Made by a program: the position numbers and the translations under genes
Shown: piece by piece, positions 53,501-64,000 of the stretch
Layout: every line of letters starts with the position of its first letter
Position numbering within the stretch: the stretch's first letter is position 1
Source: Auanema rhodensis
Taxonomy: Eukaryota; Animalia; Nematoda
Assembly (NCBI GenBank): GCA_964057225.1
Contig: OZ059895.1
Location: forward strand, 3,472,001-3,536,000
Length of the DNA stretch: 64,000 nucleotides
Direction: 5' to 3'
The notes under the pieces: model-generated
Databases searched by the model: none
The model's input: only the letters and a program-made list of their open reading frames with translations
Told to the model about the DNA's origin: nothing

Positions 53501-56500
53501 ATTGGAATGTGATCACATGTTCTGATGCTTTGAAGGGCATGTTTTACTAGCCTACGTAGGAAAACATCCATTCAAGCAACAGAACTAGGAAAGATCCATG
53601 TCTGATTAGTCGGTCAGTTCATTATTTAAGGGTAACCTGTGCTACGTATAATTTATGGGTGTACAAAAATCAAAGTTCTTAATCAAAGTTTAAAAAACAA
53701 ACTGAATAAAAGTTAGAAAATCTGAATTAAAATCTTTCCAACATAGTGTTCAACATATGATATATTACTATCTTTACAAGATAGATACAAAAAAATTGGA
53801 ATGTGATCACATGTTCTGATGCTTTGAAGGGCATGTTTTACTAGCCTACGTAGGAAAACATCCATTCAAGCAACAGAACTAGGAAAGATCGATGTCTGAT
53901 TAGTCGGTCAGTTCATTATTTAAGGGTAACCTGTGCTGCGTATAATTTATGGGTGTACAAAAATCAAAGTTTATTACTATCTTTACAAGATAGATTTCAA
54001 AAAAATTGGAATGTGATCACATGTTCTGATGCTTTGAAGGGCATGTTTTACTAGCCTACGTAGGAAAACATCCATTCAAGCAACAGAACTAGGAAAGATC
54101 CATGTCTGATTAGTCGGTCAGTTCATTAATAAAGGGTAACCTGTGCTGCGTATAATTTATGGGTGTACAAAAATCAAAGTTCTTAATCAAAGTTTAAAAA
54201 ACAAACTGAATAAAAGTTCGAAAATCTGAATTAAAATCTTTCCAACATAGTGTTCAACATATGATATATTACTATCTTTACAAGATAGATACAAAAATAT
54301 TGGAATGTGATCACATGTTCTGATGCTTTGAAGGGCATGTTTTACTAGCCTTCGTAGGAAAACATCCGTTCAAGCAACAGAACTTGGAAAGATCCATGTC
54401 TGATTAGTCGGTCAGTTCATTAATTAAGGGTAACCTGTGCTGCGTATAATTTATGGGTGTACAAAAATCAAAGTTCTTAATCAAAGTTTAAAAAACAAAC
54501 TGAATAAAAGTTAGAAAATCTGAATTAAAATCTTTCCAACATAGTGTTCAACATATGATATATTACTATCTTTACAAGATAGATACAAAAATATTGGAAT
54601 GTGATCACATGTTCTGATGCTTTGAAGGGCATGTTTTACTAGCCTTCGTAGGAAAACATCCGTTCAAGCAACAGAACTTGGAAAGATCCATGTCTGATTA
54701 GTCGGTCAGTTCATTAATTAAGGGTAACCTGTGCTGCGTATAATTTATGGGTGTACAAAAATCAAAGTTCTTAATCAAAGTTTAAAAAACAAACTGAATA
54801 AAAGTTCGAGAATCTGAATTAAAATCTTTCCAACATAGTGTTCAACATATGATATATTACTATCTTTACAAGATAGATACAAAAATATTGGAATGTGATC
54901 ACATGTTCTGATGCTTTGAAGGGCATGTTTTACTAGCCTACGTAGGAAAACATCCATTCAAGCAACAGAACTAGGAAAGATCCATGTCTGATTAGTCGGT
55001 CAGTTCATTATTTAAGGGTAACCTGTGCTGCGTATAATTTATGGGTGTACAAAAATCAAAGTTCTTAATCAAAGTTTAAAAAACAAACTGAATAAAAGTT
55101 AGAAAATCTGAATTAAAATCTTTCCAACATAGTGTTCAACATATGATATATTACTATCTTTACAAGATAGATACAAAAATATTGGAATGTGATCACATGT
55201 TCTGATGCTTTGAAGGGCATGTTTTACTAGCCTTCGTAGGAAAACATCCGTTCAAGCAACAGAACTTGGAAAGATCCATGTCTGATTAGTCGGTCAGTTC
55301 ATTAATTAAGGGTAACCTGTGCTGCGTATAATTTATGGGTGTACAAAAATCAAAGTTCTTAATCAAAGTTTAAAAAACAAACTGAATAAAAGTTCGAGAA
55401 TCTGAATTAAAATCTTTCCAACATAGTGTTCAACATATGATATATTACTATCTTTACAAGAAAGATACAAAAAAATTGGAATGTGATCACATGTTCTGAT
55501 GCTTTGAAGGGCATGTTTTACTAGCCTACGTAGGAAAACATCCATTCAAGCAACAGAACTAGGAAAGATCGATGTCTGATTAGTCGGTCAGTTCATTATT
55601 TAAGGGTAACCTGTGCTGCGTATAATTTATGGGTGTACAAAAATCAAAGTTTATTACTATCTTTACAAGATAGATTTCAAAAAAATTGGAATGTGATCAC
55701 ATGTTCTGATGCTTTGAAGGGCATGTTTTACTAGCCTACGTAGGAAAACATCCATTCAAGCAACAGAACTAGGAAAGATCCATGTCTGATTAGTCGGTCA
55801 GTTCATTATTTAAGGGTAACCTGTGCTGCGTATAATTTATGGGTGTACAAAAATCAAAGTTCTTAATCAAAGTTTAAAAAACAAACTGAATAAAAGTTCG
55901 TAAATCTGAATTAAAATCTTCCCAACATAGTGTTCAACATATGATATATTACTATCTTTACAAGATAGATACAAAAATATTGGAATGTGATCACATGTTC
56001 TGATGCTTTGAAGGGCATGTTTTACTAGCCTTCGTAGGAAAACATCCGTTCAAGCAACAGAACTTGGAAAGATCCATGTCTGATTAGTCGGTCAGTTCAT
56101 TAATTAAGGGTAACCTGTGCTGCGTATAATTTATGGATGTACAAAAATCAAAGTTCTTAATCAAAGTTTAAAAAACAAACTGAATAAAAGTTCGAAAATC
56201 TGAATTAAAATCTTTCCAACATAGTGTTCAACATATGATATATTACTATCTTTACAAGAAAGATACAAAAAAATTGGAATGTGATCACATGTTCTGATGC
56301 TTTGAAGGGCATGTTTTACTAGCCTACGTAGGAAAACATCCATTCAAGCAACAGAACTAGGAAAGATCGATGTCTGATTAGTCGGTCAGTTCATTATTTA
56401 AGGGTAACCTGTGCTGCGTATAATTTATGGGTGTACAAAAATCAAAGTTTATTACTATCTTTACAAGATAGATTTCAAAAAAATTGGAATGTGATCACAT

Positions 56501-59500
56501 GTTCTGATGCTTTGAAGGGCATGTTTTACTAGCCTACGTAGGAAAACATCCATTCAAGCAACAGAACTAGGAAAGATCCATGTCTGATTAGTCGGTCAGT
56601 TCATTATTTAAGGGTAACCTGTGCTGCGTATAATTTATGGGTGTACAAAAATCAAAGTTCTTAATCAAAGTTTAAAAAACAAACTGAATAAAAGTTCGAA
56701 AATCTGAATTAAAATCTTTCCAACATAGTGTTCAACATATGATATATTACTATCTTTACAAGATAGATACAAAAATATTGGAATGTGATCACATGTTCTG
56801 ATGCTTTGAAGGGCATGTTTTACTAGCCTTCGTAGGAAAACATCCGTTCAAGCAACAGAACTTGGAAAGATCCATGTCTGATTAGTCGGTCAGTTCATTA
56901 ATTAAGGGTAACCTGTGCTGCGTATAATTTATGGGTGTACAAAAATCAAAGTTCTTAATCAAAGTTTAAAAAACAAACTGAATAAAAGTTCGAAAATCTG
57001 AATTAAAATCTTTCCAACATAGTGTTCAACATATGATATATTACTATCTTTACAAGATAGATACAAAAAAATTGGAATTTGATCACATGTTCTGATGCTT
57101 TGAAGGGCATGTTTTACTAGCCTACGTAGGAAAACATCCATTCAAGCAACAGAACTAGGAAAGATCCATGTCTGATTAGTCGGTCAGTTCATTATTTAAG
57201 GGTAACCTGTGCTGCGTATAATTTATGGGTGTACAAAAATCAAAGTTCTTAATCAAAGTTTAAAAAACAAACTGAATAAAAGTTAGAAAATCTGAATTAA
57301 AATCTTTCCAACATAGTGTTCAACATATGATATATTACTATCTTTACAAGATAGATACAAAAAAATTGGAATGTGATCACATGTTCTGATGCTTTGAAGG
57401 GCATGTTTTACTAGCCTACGTAGGAAAACATCCATTCAAGCAACAGAACTAGGAAAGATCCATGTCTGATTAGTCGGTCAGTTCATTATTTAAGGGTAAC
57501 CTGTGCTGCGTATAATTTATGGGTGTACAAAAATCAAAGTTTATTACTATCTTTACAAGATAGATTTCAAAAAAATTGGAATGTGATCACATGTTCTGAT
57601 GCTTTGAAGGGCATGTTTTACTAGCCTACGTAGGAAAACATCCATTCAAGCAACAGAACTAGGAAAGATCCATGTCTGATTAGTCGGTCAGTTCATTATT
57701 TAAGGGTAACCTGTGCTGCGTATAATTTATGGGTGTACAAAAATCAAAGTTCTTAATCAAAGTTTAAAAAACAAACTGAATAAAAGTTAGAAAATCTGAA
57801 TTAAAATCTTTCCAACATAGTGTTCAACATATGATATATTACTATCTTTACAAGATAGATACAAAAATATTGGAATGTGATCACATGTTCTGATGCTTTG
57901 AAGGGCATGTTTTACTAGCCTTCGTAGGAAAACATCCGTTCAAGCAACAGAACTTGGAAAGATCCATGTCTGATTAGTCGGTCAGTTCATTAATTAAGGG
58001 TAACCTGTGCTGCGTATAATTTATGGGTGTACAAAAATCAAAGTTTATTACTATCTTTACAAGATAGATACAAAAAAATTGGAATGTGATCACATGTTCT
58101 GATGCTTTGAAGGGCATGTTTTACTAGCCTACGTAGGAAAACATCCATTCAAGCAACAGAACTAGGAAAGATCCATGTCTGATTAGTCGGTCAGTTCATT
58201 AATTAAGGGTAACCTGTGCTGCGTATAATTTATGGGTGTACAAAAATCAAAGTTCTTAATCAAAGTTTAGAAAACAAATTGAGTGAAAGTTGAAAAAATC
58301 TGAATTAAAATCTTTCCAACATAGTGTTCAACATATGATATATTACTATCTTTACAAGATAGATACAAAAAAATTGGAATGTGGTCACATGTTCTGATGC
58401 TTTGAAGGGCATGTTTTACTAGCCTACGTAGGAAAACATCCGTTCAAGCAACAGAACTTGGAAAGATCCATGTCTGATTAGTCGGTCAGTTCATTAATTA
58501 AGGGTAACCTGTGCTGCGTATAATTTATGGGTGTACAAAAATCAAAGTTCTTAATCAAAGTTTAAAAAACAAACTGAATAAAAGTTCGAAAATCTGAATT
58601 AAAATCTTTCCAACATAGTGTTCAACATATGATATATTACTATCTTTACAAGATAGATACAAAAAAATTGGAATGTGATCACATGTTCTGATGCTTTGAA
58701 GGGCATGTTTTACTAGCCTACGTAGGAAAACATCCATTCAAGCAACAGAACTAGGAAAGATCCATGTCTGATTAGTCGGTCAGTTCATTATTTAAGGGTA
58801 ACCTGTGCTACGTATAATTTATGGGTGTACAAAAATCAAAGTTCTTAATCAAAGTTTAAAAAACAAACTGAATAAAAGTTAGAAAATCTGAATTAAAATC
58901 TTTCCAACATAGTGTTCAACATATGATATATTACTATCTTTACAAGATAGATACAAAAAAATTGGAATGTGATCACATGTTCTGATGCTTTGAAGGGCAT
59001 GTTTTACTAGCCTACGTAGGAAAACATCCATTCAAGCAACAGAACTAGGAAAGATCGATGTCTGATTAGTCGGTCAGTTCATTATTTAAGGGTAACCTGT
59101 GCTGCGTATAATTTATGGGTGTACAAAAATCAAAGTTTATTACTATCTTTACAAGATAGATTTCAAAAAAATTGGAATGTGATCACATGTTCTGATGCTT
59201 TGAAGGGCATGTTTTACTAGCCTACGTAGGAAAACATCCATTCAAGCAACAGAACTAGGAAAGATCCATGTCTGATTAGTCGGTCAGTTCATTAATAAAG
59301 GGTAACCTGTGCTGCGTATAATTTATGGGTGTACAAAAATCAAAGTTCTTAATCAAAGTTTAAAAAACAAACTGAATAAAAGTTCGAAAATCTGAATTAA
59401 AATCTTTCCAACATAGTGTTCAACATATGATATATTACTATCTTTACAAGATAGATACAAAAATATTGGAATGTGATCACATGTTCTGATGCTTTGAAGG

Positions 59501-61064
59501 GCATGTTTTACTAGCCTTCGTAGGAAAACATCCGTTCAAGCAACAGAACTTGGAAAGATCCATGTCTGATTAGTCGGTCAGTTCATTAATTAAGGGTAAC
59601 CTGTGCTGCGTATAATTTATGGGTGTACAAAAATCAAAGTTCTTAATCAAAGTTTAAAAAACAAACTGAATAAAAGTTAGAAAATCTGAATTAAAATCTT
59701 TCCAACATAGTGTTCAACATATGATATATTACTATCTTTACAAGATAGATACAAAAATATTGGAATGTGATCACATGTTCTGATGCTTTGAAGGGCATGT
59801 TTTACTAGCCTTCGTAGGAAAACATCCGTTCAAGCAACAGAACTTGGAAAGATCCATGTCTGATTAGTCGGTCAGTTCATTAATTAAGGGTAACCTGTGC
59901 TGCGTATAATTTATGGGTGTACAAAAATCAAAGTTCTTAATCAAAGTTTAAAAAACAAACTGAATAAAAGTTCGAGAATCTGAATTAAAATCTTTCCAAC
60001 ATAGTGTTCAACATATGATATATTACTATCTTTACAAGATAGATACAAAAATATTGGAATGTGATCACATGTTCTGATGCTTTGAAGGGCATGTTTTACT
60101 AGCCTACGTAGGAAAACATCCATTCAAGCAACAGAACTAGGAAAGATCCATGTCTGATTAGTCGGTCAGTTCATTATTTAAGGGTAACCTGTGCTGCGTA
60201 TAATTTATGGGTGTACAAAAATCAAAGTTCTTAATCAAAGTTTAAAAAACAAACTGAATAAAAGTTAGAAAATCTGAATTAAAATCTTTCCAACATAGTG
60301 TTCAACATATGATATATTACTATCTTTACAAGATAGATACAAAAATATTGGAATGTGATCACATGTTCTGATGCTTTGAAGGGCATGTTTTACTAGCCTT
60401 CGTAGGAAAACATCCGTTCAAGCAACAGAACTTGGAAAGATCCATGTCTGATTAGTCGGTCAGTTCATTAATTAAGGGTAACCTGTGCTGCGTATAATTT
60501 ATGGGTGTACAAAAATCAAAGTTCTTAATCAAAGTTTAAAAAACAAACTGAATAAAAGTTCGAGAATCTGAATTAAAATCTTTCCAACATAGTGTTCAAC
60601 ATATGATATATTACTATCTTTACAAGAAAGATACAAAAAAATTGGAATGTGATCACATGTTCTGATGCTTTGAAGGGCATGTTTTACTAGCCTACGTAGG
60701 AAAACATCCATTCAAGCAACAGAACTAGGAAAGATCGATGTCTGATTAGTCGGTCAGTTCATTATTTAAGGGTAACCTGTGCTGCGTATAATTTATGGGT
60801 GTACAAAAATCAAAGTTTATTACTATCTTTACAAGATAGATTTCAAAAAAATTGGAATGTGATCACATGTTCTGATGCTTTGAAGGGCATGTTTTACTAG
60901 CCTACGTAGGAAAACATCCATTCAAGCAACAGAACTAGGAAAGATCCATGTCTGATTAGTCGGTCAGTTCATTATTTAAGGGTAACCTGTGCTGCGTATA
61001 ATTTATGGGTGTACAAAAATCAAAGTTCTTAATCAAAGTTTAAAAAACAAACTGAATAAAAGTT
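50528..61064. repeat. Tandem duplication with period 5166 bp
   Basis: Markers GCTACGTATA 53644/58810 and TTAATAAAG 54131/59297. ORFs pair at 50995/56161, 51793/56959, 53389/58555, 54775/59941 and 55363/60529. Confidence 0.93.
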
Positions 61065-64000
61065 AGAAAATCTGAATTAAAATCTTTCCAACATAGTGTT
61101 CAACATATGATATATTACTATCTTTACAAGATAGATACAAAAATATTGGAATGTGATCACATGTTCTGATGCTTTGAAGGGCATGTTTTACTAGCCTACG
61201 TAGGAAAACATCCGTTCAAGCAACAGAACTTGGAAAGATCCATGTCTGATTAGTCGGTCAGTTCATTATTTAAGGGTAACCTGTGCTGCGTATAATTTAT
61301 GGGTGTACAAAAATCAAAGTTCTTAATCAAAGTTTAAAAAACAAACTGAATAAAAATTAAAAAATCTGAATGAAAATCTTTCCAACATAGTGTTCAACAT
61401 ATGATATATTACTATCTTTACAAGATAGATACAAAAAAATTGGAATTTGATCACATGTTCTGATGCTTTGAAGGGCATGTTTTACTAGCCTACGTAGGAA
61501 AACATCCATTCAAGCAACAGAACTAGGAAAGATCCATGTCTGATTAGTCGGTCAGTTCATTATTTAAGGGTAACCTGTGCTGCGTATAATTTATGGGTGT
61601 ACAAAAATCAAAGTTTATTACTATCTTTACAAGATAGATACAAAAAAATTGGAATGTGATCACATGTTCTGATGCTTTGAAGGGCATGTTTTACTAGCCT
61701 ACGTAGGAAAACATCCGTTCAAGCAACAGAACTTGGGAAGATCCATGTCTGATTAGACGGTCAGTTCATTATTTAAGGGTAACCTGTGCTGCGTATATTT
61801 TATGGGTGTACAAACAACAAGGTTCTTAATCAAAGTTTAGAAAACAAACTGAGTGAAAGTTGAAAAAATCTGAATTAAAATCTTTCCAACATAGTGTTCA
61901 ACATATGATATATTACTATCTTTACAAGATAGATACAAAAAAATTGGAATGTGATCACATGTTCTGATGCTTTGAAGGGCATGTTTTACTAGCCTACGTA
62001 GGAAAACATCCGTTCAAGCAACAGAACTTGGAAAGATCCATGTCTGATTAGTCGGTCAGTTCATTATTTAAGGGTAACCTGTGCTGCGTATAATTTATGG
62101 GTGTACAAAAATCAAAGTTCTTAATCAAAGTTTAAAAAACAAACTGAATAAAAATTAAAAAATCTGAATGAAAATCTTTCCAACATAGTGTTCAACATAT
62201 GATATATTACTATCTTTACAAGATAGATACAAAAAAATCGGAATGTGATCACATGTTCTGATGCTTTGAAGGGCATGTTTTACTAGCCTACGTAGGAAAA
62301 CATCCATTCAAGCAACAGAACTAGGAAAGATCCATGTCTGATTAGTCGGTCAGTTCATTATTTAAGGGTAACCTCTGCTGCGTATAATTTATGGGTGTAC
62401 AAAAATCAAAGTTCTTAATCAAAGTTTAAAAAACAAACTGAATAAAAGTTAGAAAATCTGAATTAAAATCTTTCCAACATAGTGTTCAACATATGATATA
62501 TTACTATTTTTACAAGATAGATACAAAAAAATTGGAATGTGATCACATGTTCTGATGCTTTGAAGGGCATGTTTTACTAGCCTTCGTAGGAAAACATCCG
62601 TTCAAGCAACAGAACTTGGAAAGATCCATGTCTGATTAGTCGGTCAGTTCATTAATTAAGGGTAACCTGTGCTGCGTATAATTTATGGGTGTACAAAAAT
62701 CAAAGTTCTTAATCAAAGTTTAAAAAACAAACTGAATAAAAGTTCGAGAATCTGAATTAAAATCTTTCCAACATAGTGTTCAACATATGATATATTACTA
62801 TCTTTACAAGAAAGATACAAAAAAATTGGAATGTGATCACATGTTCTGATGCTTTGAAGGGCATGTTTTACTAGCCTACGTAGGAAAACATCCATTCAAG
62901 CAACAGAACTAGGAAAGATCGATGTCTGATTAGTCGGTCAGTTCATTATTTAAGGGTAACCTGTGCTGCGTATAATTTATGGGTGTACAAAAATCAAAGT
63001 TCTTAATCAAAGTTTAAAAAACAAACTGAATAAAAGTTCGAGAATCTGAATTAAAATCTTTCCAACATAGTGTTCAACATATGATATATTACTATCTTTA
63101 CAAGAAAGATACAAAAAAATTGGAATGTGATCACATGTTCTGATGCTTTGAAGGGCATGTTTTACTAGCCTACGTAGGAAAACATCCATTCAAGCAACAG
63201 AACTAGGAAAGATCGATGTCTGATTAGTCGGTCAGTTCATTATTTAAGGGTAACCTGTGCTGCGTATAATTTATGGGTGTACAAAAATCAAAGTTTATTA
63301 CTATCTTTACAAGATAGATTTCAAAAAAATTGGAATGTGATCACATGTTCTGATGCTTTGAAGGGCATGTTTTACTAGCCTACGTAGGAAAACATCCATT
63401 CAAGCAACAGAACTAGGAAAGATCCATGTCTGATTAGTCGGTCAGTTCATTATTTAAGGGTAACCTGTGCTGCGTATAATTTATGGGTGTACAAAAATCA
63501 AAGTTCTTAATCAAAGTTTAAAAAACAAACTGAATAAAAGTTCGAAAATCTGAATTAAAATCTTTCCAACATAGTGTTCAACATATGATATATTACTATC
63601 TTTACAAGATAGATACAAAAATATTGGAATGTGATCACATGTTCTGATGCTTTGAAGGGCATGTTTTACTAGCCTTCGTAGGAAAACATCCGTCCAAGCA
63701 ACAGAACTTGGAAAGATCCATGTCTGATTAGTCGGTCAGTTCATTAATTAAGGGTAACCTGTGCTGCGTATAATTTATGGGTGTACAAAAATCAAAGTTC
63801 TTAATCAAAGTTTAAAAAACAAACTGAATAAAAGTTCGAAAATCTGAATTAAAATCTTTCCAACATAGTGTTCAACATATGATATATTACTATCTTTACA
63901 AGATAGATACAAAAATATTGGAATGTGATCACATGTTCTGATGCTTTGAAGGGCATGTTTTACTAGCCTACGTAGGAAAACATCCGTTCAAGCAACAGAA

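Larger units (their letters stand above)
1..64000. repeat. Tandem satellite DNA array of 294/295-bp long and 208-210-bp short monomers, running off both window ends
   Basis: The same core (TATTACTATCTTTACAAG...GGGTGTACAAAAATCAAAGTT) recurs head-to-tail throughout in one orientation, with no unique spacer sequence. ORF-track spacings (294, 504, 588, 797/798, 882) are sums of the unit lengths. Confidence 0.99.

Noticed and set aside
331-63189. 55 copies of a 60-61 aa minus-strand ORF (MDVFLRRLVKHALQ...) as a gene family
   Set aside because: It is open in only about a quarter of monomers. Common alleles remove the ATG (CCGTT), add a stop (TTAGA) or delete the 3' part (short units). It has no recognisable domain and sits at the ORF length threshold.
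1-64000. CRISPR array
   Set aside because: There are no unique spacers, the whole 209-295-bp unit is repeated, and no cas genes are present.
1-64000. Assignment to a named satellite family, species or confirmed centromere
   Set aside because: I do not recognise the monomer and saw no CENP-B box. BLAST/Dfam/PlantSat searches and CENH3 ChIP data would be needed.

Overview
The whole 64-kb window is one uninterrupted, single-orientation, head-to-tail array of AT-rich satellite DNA. It has roughly 240 monomers (an estimate) and about 32% GC in the reference monomer 821-1114. It is most likely eukaryotic (peri)centromeric or other heterochromatic DNA, but the organism cannot be identified from the sequence. 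There are two interleaved monomer classes. The long unit is 294 bp (295-bp variant). The short unit is 209/210 bp (rare 208 and 198 bp) and lacks a fixed 85-bp AT-rich segment. Every monomer carries a 67-nt imperfect hairpin flanked by several smaller dyads. Diagnostic variants show zonal subfamilies, a nested 798/1596-bp higher-order repeat, and near-identical tandem block duplications of 4408, 2099, 2184 and 5166 bp; three of these have junctions visible as chimeric monomers. The main unit lengths (294, 210) are both multiples of 42 bp, i.e. whole 10.5-bp helical turns, and net phase drift across 36589-63007 is zero. I found no credible protein-coding gene, RNA gene, transposon or CRISPR array. 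The 55 short ORFs are a by-product of the repeat.
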